Source: Antedon mediterranea (taxonomy: Eukaryota > Animalia > Echinodermata). Taken from it: a DNA stretch of 64,000 bases. The stretch lies in contig NC_092676.1 in the NCBI RefSeq assembly GCF_964355755.1, positions 28,104,871 to 28,168,870 of the forward strand, written 5' to 3'. Shown piece by piece: positions 1 to 11,744 of this stretch; within the stretch, counting starts at the first letter, position 1, and each line of letters starts with the position of its first letter. The notes beneath the pieces were generated by a model. That model was not told where the DNA came from and searched no databases. It saw only the letters and a list, made by a program, of their open reading frames with translations. A program made the position numbers and the translations under genes.

Positions 1-200
1 TCGATGCTTTATTACTCTTGTTCGAAATACATGAGACCTCAAGTTTAGATGACAGGGTGACTCCAAGATACTTTAATTCAAAAGTTTCATCAACGGTATC
101 CGAGCCAATATTATACGGTAGGCCTATTGTGTTTAAAACTTTATTTTTACTCCTAGTTACCCTAATAATTTTACACTTGTTCACATATAATTTCATTCTA
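1..200 (-). mobile_element. Degraded LINE (CR1/L2-like) reverse-transcriptase C-terminal fragment, truncated by the window edge
   Basis: Minus strand reads MKLYVNKCKIIRVTRSKNK...ELKYLGVTLSSKL...NKAS, matching the xNxxKCK...KYLGV..s..L...KA thumb pattern of non-LTR RTs. Confidence 0.6.
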
Positions 201-875
201 CATACATCGTTAGGCGATCTAATGATAAACTGTGTGTTTAACACAAAAGGACTCTGGAAATCATTGCATTGTTCACTGTATGTATACAGTAAACAATGCA
301 ATGATTTCTATTCGAGTATATAATCTGCCATGGACAGATTAAACAATGTAAAATATCAGTTAAGTTTGACTTACCTGAAGTGTTGTTAACCAAACGGTCT
401 CCACTCTGGAACTAGATGACAAGATATAATGACATATGATATGATATTCTGAAGAGTAATTTATGAACAATAGAATACAAGTAGGCAATCAATTATTGGC
501 TGCATGCCATCGATTCGCATAACAATAAACTTGTTCATTATGCATCAGTTATGTGGTGTGGAAAAATAGTCTAAATAATTTCAACACACGTTTATAAAAC
601 AGAATTGGAAAATGCAGTATAGGATTTGAATAACTTTTCTATAAGTTGAAAATTGAAGTTATAGCCGAACACATTATATTCGACGGACAGTAGCAGAGTT
701 AGAGAATTGGTTATTTTGAATTTAAAACATTAATTTCAAATTTGATGATTTTTAAAATTAAAATTAGAATAGTATTGTCTCGCTCGCTCCACACGCGTAC
801 CACCACCTCTTTCCAACTAAAAATCAAAAAGTAATAATTCGAGAGCAAAATAGAGGGGGCTATACAATCAAGAAG

Positions 876-885
876 TGCGCATGCG
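876..885. promoter_or_regulatory. NRF1-like motif TGCGCATGCG in the probable MINDY promoter
   Basis: Near-consensus NRF1 palindrome in a CpG-containing patch about 740 bp upstream of the MINDY ATG. Confidence 0.4.
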
Positions 886-1616
886 ATGTGAAAAACGTAA
901 ACAAACTATTTTTTTTTACGTTGTACAAAAGGTCGTCAACATCTTGGGCCTTCTTTTGTTAATTTCTGTGGTATAATTTAAACTCAAGTTTGTTTATCCG
1001 TTTTTTCATACATACTGCATTCTTCATAGATAAAAAATTCACGATTTAATTGTTTTGGTAGATATAAATTGAGCCTAGCCCTCCTCCTAGCTAGGCTACT
1101 ACTAGCCTACTAGGCTAGGCCAAGAAGGCATCTAATAGTAGGAGGCCGCCTCTACTCGCTGCCTCCCTACTACAAACAATACTAGTTACTACTACTACTA
1201 GGCTAGACTACTGACTGTAGCTAGTGTAGCCTAGTCAGGCTATAGGCTATAATAGTAGAATACTGTAGAGGAAGATCAAACAATCTAATAATACAAATTC
1301 TCAATGAAAGGCAAGAGTTTAAAATTCACCGCTGTCACGATTTCTTTAATTAAAATTAAAGATTAGAAAGAAAGAAAGAATATTTGATAGGCATAGAGTA
1401 CTTACATGTTTTTACTTATAATGGTATTTCAATTGTTGTACAGTATGATCTCTATTATGCATTATGTAGTTAGAGCATGGAGTTAATTAACTAATTAACT
1501 ATTGTTTTTTTTTATAGAACAATTTGAAACTATATAAAACGGCGCCAGAAAATCACTACCAGTCAGTACAGTACTGTAGTAGGCATACTTTTTATTTGTT
1601 TGGCTCCATCCAGAAT

Positions 1617-4600
1617 ATGTCTGACAATCTAGAAGTAACTAATGTCGTCCAATCCGATGAAGTCCAAACTAAAGGAGATAATGACAACCAAACTGAAATC
1701 AATCGTTTCGATGAAATACCAGCCGCAGAATCACCAGCCGCAGAATTACCAGCTGCAGAATCACCAAAAGAAGGTATTGAGTTAGAAAAAGAAAATTTAA
1801 ACAAGGAAGCTGTGACATCTGACAACATTGGTGACAAAAATGACAAGGAGAATAATTCAAAAAAAGAAAGCACAGTTTTGTCGTCTGATTGTAAGTTAAA
1901 GCATACAATGGTCTGTACCATTTTAAATAATTCAACAAAATACATCAATTGCAACCATCAATCTTTCCCTATTCAGGGAATTTATTCATGGAGTCGTTGG
2001 CTCTTATACAAATTGACTATAACTGAACATAAAATAATTTATTTCTTCTTTCAAAAGAAAATTATACATTATTTTCCCCTAAATTATAATTAAGCATACG
2101 TTTGAACGGAATAAACTTAGCTTGTTAATAAACATGAATAAATCTTGGAATATGTTTGCTTATTAAATCATAACTAATGGAATGTAAATGAAATGAAATT
2201 TATATGACAAAATGTTCTGTTTACAAATTTTACAATAATAATCTTGTGTACCAATAACCAATACTTAAATGATTCTTCAGTGTTAGTGTTCCAGTCGATT
2301 TTGGTTCATGTAACAATACTGTATGTCACTTAACAGTGTTCTTCCAGCTGTAGATGTCCAGGGATAAAACATAATTTTATAAGCTTAAATCTTTTCATAG
2401 CTTTTTAACTTATTATTTTTCTTATTCTTTCCAGCAGGTGCAACACCAGCTGTAAACGTCTACCATATAAAATGGATAAAATGGAATAATGAAAAAACTC
2501 CAATTATCACTCAGAACGAGAATGGTCCGTGCCCCCTGATAGCGTTAATGAATGTACTCATCTTGAGGGGTAAAGTAAAACTACAGCAATCGGCTGAATT
2601 AATTACTGCTAATCAACTCATGGAATATCTTGGTAGCTGTATATTAGAGTATGTTCCAAAGGTAAGGTCTAGATGCTGTAATAGTAGGAAATGGTAGTAT
2701 TCATCCAAACCAAGACTTCTGTAAGAGTCTTCAAATCAAAATTGTTTGATGTAGTTATTAAAGTCTCTGCTGATTTTTTAACAATGTATAATGTTGTATA
2801 CAGGGCCCCAATGAAAACCAGTTTAAACTGTTTGGGCTACCCTGGATAAAGAAATGTAATAATAACAATAATAACCTTCACTGAATTTGTTGACATTCAA
2901 ATATGGCGGACCATTCTTGCACACACAAATTTGGCAGGACCTTCTGGTGCGAGAGTGCCATTTGACCAAGGCAATCTAAAAACAGGACACTGACCTCGCC
3001 TTCCCACGATAGGAACTCTTAATAGATCTTAAAATTAATATTTGAATAAACTATCGTACAGCTGTTACAATTGTTCTGTTTTTAATTATTCTGTATAGGA
3101 TGCATCTAATGATATGCAGAGGAACTATGAACAAAACATGAATGATGCAATGGCAATATTACCTAAATTACAAACTGGCTTAGATGTTAATGTGAAATTT
3201 ACTGGGTAAGTTACAGTATATGACAATAACCTCATGGGTGGTAATACCACCAAATTTCAAGTTTCAATCTATTGTACCATATCAAGTTCATAAATGATCG
3301 ATAGCAAATGCTGCTACAGATGACCATAAGAGCAAAGCTTGTTTGCCGGTCACTCATTAGTGCTGTATATTACAAACAACATAAAGAACAAAGGTGCGAT
3401 ACATAACAAAACAGATGAAGCACCAAAAATGTGCTTGATAAATTTTGTAAGCTACCTTTGTTTTTAGTTCTGTATGGGATAAAACCATAGCGGTATAACA
3501 ACTAGAGGGTCAACTCCACTAATATCACAATTCAATCAAAGTTACCTCTCTAGTTGTTGTATAATAACTTTATTTCTATCGTTACTAAAGGGTCAACTCC
3601 ACTACAATCACAGTTAAATCAAAGTTACTCCTCTAGTTGTTTTATAATATTACCTCTATTTCTATCATTTTTTCCGTCAAGAGTCCAGCATTTTGAGTAC
3701 ACCTCAGAGTGTATAGTCTTCGATCTTCTTAACATTACTCTGTGCCATGGATGGCTATATGATCCTCAGAATCTAGAGATAGTGTCAGCTGTTGGGACAC
3801 ACAGTTACAATCAACTTGTAGAGAAAATTATTAATGGAAAATCTTCTGGAGATCCAGATGTTTTACAAAGTGGTGAGTTTAAAATTTGTTAATGATAATG
3901 TCAACATTATTCTACTGCAGTTACTGCAGTAACTAAATGTTTTTACTGCAAACACATATGAATTATTAGACTTTATGAGACAGGCATTCCAATATAAACA
4001 AAGTTTATGATACCATAAAAAGTCTTACTATAATTTCATAAACAGGTTAAAGAGTAAACAAAATACATTTATTTTAAAATGGTGGTCTCTTAGTTTTCTA
4101 AACACGTTTTACATTTTTTAACATTAATTTTAAATTGAATGCAAGCTTTGTTTACAAATACAGTCTCAAGTTTATTTATAGTTTCTTTAATATGTTAATC
4201 ATATTTTTTCGAAAACAAATAATCGTAATTTATTTTTTATTTTTAGCTTTAGTTGCTGAACAATTCTTAGAAAATACAGCAGGCCAACTTACATATCATG
4301 GACTATGTGAAATAAATAGCACCATTAAAGACAATCAACTGTGCGTCTTCTTTAGAAATAATCACTTTAGTACATTATTGAAACATGAGGTATAGTGTTA
4401 CAACCAATATGGTATCTTTTATTATAAGCTGTAAAAATGGAGTACTTACCTAGATACCTTATGAGCTTTGTTTGTTCTGGTTATTAGATATTACATATAA
4501 ATTCGCCATATTGGTTTACAATATTGTATCAGCTGAATCTGGTGAAGAGAAATAATCCAATTATTACTGTATGCCTACAATGTAAAAATCATAAAAATTA

Positions 4601-6472
4601 TTTATAAAATGGATTATTTAAATTATTTAGTAAAACTGTACATTACTTGTAACAAGTAACATTATAGGACACCATAAAACAACAAATAATACTATAATAA
4701 AATAGGTAAAATATGATAAAATCATAACATTAGTAAAAATAATGACAGTTTTCAATTTACTGTATTAGTTTCTACTGATTGGCAAATTTCATTTTTAGAA
4801 CCAGTTATATCACCTTGTGACTGATCAGGGTTTCTTAAGAGAAACAAATGTAGTTTGGGAAACCTTAACCAACGTAGAGGGCGACTGTAACTTCTTGAAT
4901 TGCGACTTCACAGCAAGTAGAACAGAAATAGCAGAGATGCCAGCTATGACAGAGGATCAGCAGATATCAAATGAGTAAGATGTTAACAGATTTAAAATCT
5001 TCGTTAAGCTTTGTCTACACTATCAAACTTTACGTGACAAGAAAAGTTGATGTGCCCATATATGGCCTAGATGATGTTATATCACTACCATATTTAAGCA
5101 TATCACTACCATATTTGGGCACATCACACTTTTTTTTCACACTTAGTGTAGACAGAGCATTGGGCAGCTAACAAAAAGAGGACAAAATGAACAACCATCT
5201 GAGGCAATTACTTCTTCAGAGCAAACAATCAATATCTCCAACTTTTATTTTGACTTTCAAACGTTAGGAGTCAAATTATGCATAATGATTAGATGTATAG
5301 TTATTCATTCATTCAATCATCGAATGACATGCAACCAGAAAATACAAAAAAAACCACAGCTAGCAGTTAAAATAATAACAACACCAAGAAAGAGAAATGT
5401 CACTGTTGTTTTATGATTTAATATTATTGTTCTTGTAGCCTATTAATAGCCTTGAGTTTACAAGAAAGTAGTCAAGGTGGAAATCCACCCCCTGCTGCCC
5501 AAGTAGAGCAACCCCAAGTGCCACTATCAGAGTAAGTATTCTAGTATAAGCCCAGGTAGAACAACCTCAAGTGCCATTATCAGAGTAAGTATTCTTTTAT
5601 AAGCCCAGGTAGAGCAACCTCAAGTGTCACTATCAGAGTAAGTATTTTATTATAAGCCCATGTAGAGCAAACTTCAGTACTACTATCCCACAGAAGCCAT
5701 ATCAAATGATTGGTTAGAGTTCCTTATTTTAAAAATCACATTGGGTAATAACACAGTCAATTCTGACAAACTGAACTTTTGTAAATATTAGAATTTTCTT
5801 TAAAATATTTTCTAGCCATGAACTAGCATTGCAATTACAAGTGGAAGAGGACAGGTTAGCAGCGGAAGCTGCTTCTAGAGACCAGGATGTAGCAGCCAAT
5901 AGACCACAACAACGTCAAAATAATCAACAAGCACAACAACAACAACAACAGTCATCACCAAGAAGGAGAGACGTGAGTTCAATATTAGTTGAACCTCTTT
6001 GATTTTGACAGACCCCCATACGCCTGATAATGCTATTTTCCCATGGACCCAGGTTGGAAATCACTGAGCTATGAATGTGATATAAGATTAGAGATAAACA
6101 TTAAACCTGACCTGACAAATAATTGAATTTTGTGAAATATAAAACTCTGTCTAAACTAGTTTGACAAAGTGTGATGTGCCCAAATATGGTAGTGATATGA
6201 TGTCATCGTGTCCATATATGGGTATTGCATCACATTTTGTTGTCACTTAATTTTGATAGTGTAGACAGAGCTGTAATAAAAGTTAAACATCGAAAATTAT
6301 TTCGCTGTCATTGATTCATTATTATATTCACATACAAATGATAATTTATTGTCACAATTGTTATTCAACAATTTTTTAAAGAGACTAAAAATTTTAAATA
6401 TTTACTTTTGTTAAAAAAAAAAATTAATCATTAATCATTATTATCTTTTTTTTTCAGTGCATAATTGTTTGA
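1617..6472 (+). CDS. MINDY1: MINDY-1/2 (FAM63) K48-deubiquitinase, 9 coding exons
   Basis: Exons 1617-1890, 2435(or 2438)-2661, 3099-3205, 3682-3872, 4247-4389, 4799-4974, 5439-5531, 5816-5972, 6458-6472, all GT-AG and phase-consistent. Motifs: YHIKWIKW..TPIITQNENGPCPLIA (catalytic Cys), LQTGLDVNVKF, LCHGWLYDPQ, FFRNNHFST (catalytic His), LVTDQGFL, two MIU-like helices (DLLIALSLQE, DHELALQLQ), C-terminal RRRDCIIV CaaX. Likely co-orthologous to vertebrate MINDY1 and MINDY2. Confidence 0.93.
5007..5160. mobile_element. Family-1 MITE (PIF/Harbinger-like, TIR AGCTCTGTCTACACTATCAAACT)
   Basis: TIR pair plus the shared internal gatgtgcccatatatgg/atcactaccatattt core; MINDY intron 6. Confidence 0.75.
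5497..5685 (+). repeat. Short tandem repeat (unit about 52 bp, 3-4 copies) duplicating the 3' end and GT donor of MINDY exon 7
   Basis: cccaggtagarcaacctcaagtgycaytatcagagtaagtatt recurs, with donor-like gtaagt at 5532, 5585 and 5638. Confidence 0.8.
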
Positions 6473-6524
6473 AAGGTTCACCAAATTTGACAGAAGTTCA
6501 TAAGATTCACGTGTCGCAACATAA

Positions 6525-6683
6525 AGCGTTGTCTACACTATCAAACTTTATTTGACAAAATAATGCGATGTGCTCATATATGGACATGATGATGTCATCA
6601 CTACCATATTAAGGTACATCACTACCATATGTGGGCACATCACACTTTTTTTGTCAAACTAGTTTCATAGTGTAGACAGAGCT
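6525..6683. mobile_element. Family-1 MITE in the MINDY 3' UTR
   Basis: TIRs agcgttgtctacactatcaaact / agtttcatagtgtagacagagct with TAA/TTA flanks, about 50 nt after the stop codon. Confidence 0.8.
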
Positions 6684-8854
6684 TTAGATTACAATCAGTG
6701 ATATAATTGTGTGTAGATTAATAGATTCTTTCTCAAATACTGTGCTAATGTGTTACCAGGATTGTTAGTAGAGGTTTAAAAGAGTAACCACTGCCTGCCT
6801 ATCTGATATATGATAGATGTGTGCATGCATAAACAGATTGAACGCATCAATGCATTCGATTTCATAGATTTTAATATTAGAGAGATTGGAGAAAGATTGT
6901 GTTTTTTTTAAACTGCTCCTGTGATAGAATAAATACATTTATTTGAAACAAAATAATGTTTTTATGTTGTTGTCATCCCTCTCTTTATGTTTAAGCTTCC
7001 CTGTTGAAGGGAGTAGCCTTAAAACGGGAGGAAAATTAATGGAGTGTGTCACCCTACTGTATTATAACTGATATGCTGTAGTTGTGTATGAAATTACTCC
7101 AATTTTGAGGGTGAGGTACACCCCTGAACCCGGGCCTGTGCATGATTGGAGTTTGTTTTGTTAAATTTAGTTTCAAATTACTTTTAGCAATAAGTACGAA
7201 GTTTACAACAAAGAAATACAATCTATCTAATAAGATATGAAAAAATAGTTCTCGCATACACGTAGGCAAAAATCAAATATTTGCTAGTATATTATGTTTT
7301 GTACCTAGGAATAGTTTATTAGGAATACTTGTTTTGCATGGTTTTTTTAAATCTATTTATAACTTATAATATTGCCTTTTGTTTTATACCATGTTGTGCT
7401 ATTCAGAGTAGCAATAAAAATCAATCACATTTCATTATATTTCTTACCGAAAATAATTTGTGTTTGAAACTGGAATTTATAAGTTATTGCATGCTTGGCA
7501 GTTTCATTTCATTCACACAGTTCTATATTCAAACTAGGGATCCATGGGAAGGTGGGGTTGGGGGTGGGGGAAGTAGAGGAATGGCTTACTGTAACTATAC
7601 TGATCAGACTGGAAGAGCATGTTCATTTTGTTTTAGGCATATACAATATGAATACTGACTTGTCTACTGGATTGACAAAAAAAGTGTGATGTGCCCAAAT
7701 ATGGTAGTGATATGACATCTTCATGTCTATATATGGGTATATCATATTTTGTTGTCACATAGAGTTTGATAGTGTATATAAACGGGATGACAAAGATTCA
7801 ACTTCTCTAAAGCTATCAATGTTGGTATTACAGTAGAACTCATCTTGCAGGACACCCCTATACAGTGAAACCGATGAGGGACAATATGTTTAAAATTTTC
7901 TGGGAACCCCCTATATTCAGAGGACTTTTTTAAATCTTTATTTTATTCGGGTATAAAAATATACAAAATAGCCAAAGGGCTAAACTTATTGTATTTACAA
8001 TTATTTTAGATATTTAGGCCCTACTAATGAGTTGGGTCCCAGAAGTGTCCCCTTAATGGGGGCTCTACTGCTTTGTATTCTCAAATGTATACTTTCTCTT
8101 TAATCAGTTGAGTCAGTGAAATAATAAATTATATATATATATATCAATGTATAAGGGTTATATTAAAAGCTATTATAAACTTTCAAGTATATATTGTGTT
8201 TATTATTTAGAGTCCTTTCTTGTCATATTCTACTTTGCATTGAATAATAACAGCCTTGACATTAAAAGAATTGATTGTGTTACATTGGCTAAACAATAGA
8301 AGATGCACATCAATAATTCTAGTACCCTGGAATAAAACATGAATATAAAATTGATTACAATTCTATATGCCAGTCTGTAAATGGTACGCAATAAAGCAAA
8401 ACACTGTGTTTCATATTGGCTAAACAATAGAAGATGCACATCAAATAATTCAATAACTACCCTGGAATAAAACATAAATATAAATATAAAATTGAATTCT
8501 ATACTCCAGGTTGTAAAATGGTATGCAATAAATACCCTGTATTAAAACATTGACATAACATTGATTTCAATTCTATACACCAGTCTGTAAAATGGTACGC
8601 AATAAAGCAAAACCATATAGATACACTACTTAAATATTGAAATCAAAAATTATCCCTACTCAAATGTATTATCTTTTGTTATTTATTTGATGTGCGTGGA
8701 TGCTTTATTACTCTACATACAATTTGCATACAATTCCTTCACTGTACATGCATCAAACATAAATTTAAAACGTTTTGTCGGTGAATGCTTTTTATTGATG
8801 AAATCAAATTTCATTGGCATTTTCTAACAATATTTTTTCAGATCAGGAATCTTA

Positions 8855-9005
8855 AGCTCTGTCTACACTACTTGACAAAAAAATGTGATGTGCCCAAATA
8901 TGGTGGTGATATGCCTAAATATGGTAGTGATATGACATGATCATGTCCATATATGGGCACATCACATGTTTTTGTCACATAAAGTTTGATAGTGTAGACA
9001 AGGCT
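8855..9005. mobile_element. Family-1 MITE
   Basis: TIRs with a matching TTA target-site duplication (8852-8854, 9006-9008). Other partial copies lie near 6147-6272, 7658-7778, 22253-22385, 26829-26979, 27291-27372 and 35511-35661. Confidence 0.8.
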
Positions 9006-10800
9006 TTAGATAGACAGCTTTAATACATAAAATAAATTATAAAATGATTGAATGTACTTGCCCTGTTCACACTGCTTCATCTTTAACCAATAAGTAAATA
9101 AAATCCAGTAAAATACCAGAAAATAAGATGAAATGGTAGACCATACTAGAGCACTAGCATAATATGTTATCTTGTACACTACCACACTACAACTGAGTAA
9201 CACAACAATATAATTCTGCACACATGTTATATGCAAATTAGAACAACTCCACACATGTGCTACATTCATTCAAATTATATGCAAATTAACCTGAGTGAGG
9301 ACAACAACTTTTGATTCATTCATTCTTTTTATTTTTATCAAGTCATACACAAATGAATTGAATAGTTGTACATGTAATGGCATAATAAACACTTACAATT
9401 TAACCTTTGACCTCTGCTAAAGCCATTAACTAATGATGATTGTTTGATTTGATTGTTTTTTGTAAAATCTAAACATGAAAGAAAATGTAACTAAACATAA
9501 GATACAAGGAAATTCTACCAGAGATGTCAATAAAACTAAATTGTTTTTATTTATATTTTATTTAAAAATATAAATACACTACAGTACTGCTTTATCCATA
9601 CAACTATTGCACTTCTAAAAAATAAAATAAAAAACAAGGTTTTAATATTTTAATGCAACTCCACTTTTGAAAGTAAATAAATACATAATATCAAATATCT
9701 ATGAAGACCAATGGTTAGTTTCATTACTAACATTTACTGGTGGTAGAGTACATTATTACAGTATGTCTAAATAATGCTGTTAAGACGCAAACGTTGACAG
9801 AATGGAAGACAAAACGCTGCCTTAAAATGACATTAGTACTATTACTATCTATGTTAAAGAATGTTCTATTAATTCAAGCTAAAATAACAGTATTATTAAA
9901 AGCCCTAATACTAAAAAAAAAACCACACATAATATTATTTAAAGTTCTTTAAAAATACTTTAAATCGATGTACTGGAAGACATTAATAAACAAATAATAT
10001 ATTATATTTGGAGGGTCACCCTAATCTCTAAATATATAACTATAATTAATATAATTTTATACAAAATGAATAATTTATCTATAGTATATTAATTTACAAT
10101 AGTTTTATTTATATAATTATCAAAACCTATAAAATATACAATAGTTGATCACCTATATATACATAAAATCCATTATTATTGCACACATTCAGTTTAAACT
10201 CTCAGACAAGTCCATATAAATACATTTTCAAATATTGATTCAACTTCTTCTTTATCAGAATTATACTAAATAGTTTAGAAAATGTTAGTGATATTAAAGG
10301 GGAGCTCCGGGGTAAAGTTTCTATTTCATAAACCTTTGCAACAACATTGATAATAACCCCACTTATTTTTCCAAAGCAGTGAAGCGGAACAAGTATTGTG
10401 AACAAAAAGTGGCAGCAGAGGACTTTTATATTCATTTTTATATCAAAGGAATTTAAATTAGCAACACTCATTCTGGCAAAATATAAGTGATATTATGATT
10501 TTAAATGTTTAAATTTTTATAAAACAATAGAAACATTATATCTGCAGTTACTCTTTAAACAATTTTACCTTCACACTAATCTTTTAGTTAAAGTCCAAAA
10601 GTGTCTATTACAAACTAGTACTAGCTCTAACTTAAATTAAAACCATTATTTCACCAGCAATTTTCTATACCTAAGGCCTACTACTACTGTTTATTATTGC
10701 AAGAACATCAAATGTGTTTTTAGAAAAAAAGATAAATATATAGCACTAATTATTGGTGGTGATACTTCAGAATAGTCTTAGAAATAATAATAACTTTATT

Positions 10801-11212
10801 ATACCTGAGGTAAAAAGTGGTGCCTATAGAATAAAATTTAACAATTATATTATCAGCATAAAATTATTAATAGTAACCCAGTTTTTTTTTTTTAAGAAAA
10901 TGATGTATTAGGAATTGTTTTACCACACAAAACAAAAAGTATGATGTAACAGAACGTAACAAGCATTTGGAGATGAATTCATACAGACTGTATCATTCAC
11001 ACAGCTATATGGAAGCTGAATACCTGAGGTAAAAAGTGGCACCTATAGAATAATATTTAACAATTATATTATCAGCATATCATTATTTATAGTAACCACA
11101 TTTTTTTATAAAGAAAACGATGTATTAGGGATTGTTTTACCACACAAAACAAAAAGTATGATGTAACAGAACGTAACAAGCATTTGGAGTATCATTCACA
11201 CAGCTATGGAAG
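10801..11212. repeat. Direct tandem duplication, unit about 220 bp
   Basis: atacctgaggtaaaaagtgg...tatcattcacacagctat occurs from 10801 and again from 11020. Confidence 0.8.
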
Positions 11213-11569
11213 ACAACATTGGAAGACAGAGACCAAAGAAGCAATATATAATATATAAAGAATTACCAAAATACAATAAAAACAAATGAACACAAAGAAT
11301 TATTGCAGTGTATTAAAATAATTACATAAACAAGTCATCACCATCATAATTTAATCTTTAAAATTAAATAAGGAAAAAAAATCCAAGATATATTAGATTC
11401 CTAAATGTAAATTTTGAGAATATATGCATATGTAAAAACAGCATTTCTTATGGAGTACATGCTATAGAGCATGATCACATTTATAGTACATACTTTGTAC
11501 ACACACTCTCTCTCTCTGTCCACTCTATCTGCTATGATCTCAACACCTACTGTACCACAGATTAGCAAT

Positions 11570-11735
11570 AGAGAGCTTTCGAAACAGGTGACGTGCAACC
11601 GAGCATGCGGATACAAGAAAACTTCCACCGACAGTTGATCAGGCAACACAATTTGGCCGATTTGATCAGGCAACACATGGCTGTTTCTGACTTGCGCGTC
11701 TCTCCTAACCCGCGTCGCTATTTCGAAAGCTCCCT
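11570..11735. mobile_element. Short TIR element (ISL2EU/Harbinger-like) immediately downstream of the Rab gene stop codon
   Basis: TIRs AGAGAGCTTTCGAAACAG / CTATTTCGAAAGCTCCCT, flanked by AT on both sides. Confidence 0.55.
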
Positions 11736-11744
11736 ATTAAACAC

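Noticed and set aside
1592-1954. Minus-strand ORFs overlapping MINDY exon 1, and similar antisense ORFs over Rab exons (11593, 12816, 13225, 15258)
   Set aside because: Antisense shadows of real exons with no independent protein features.
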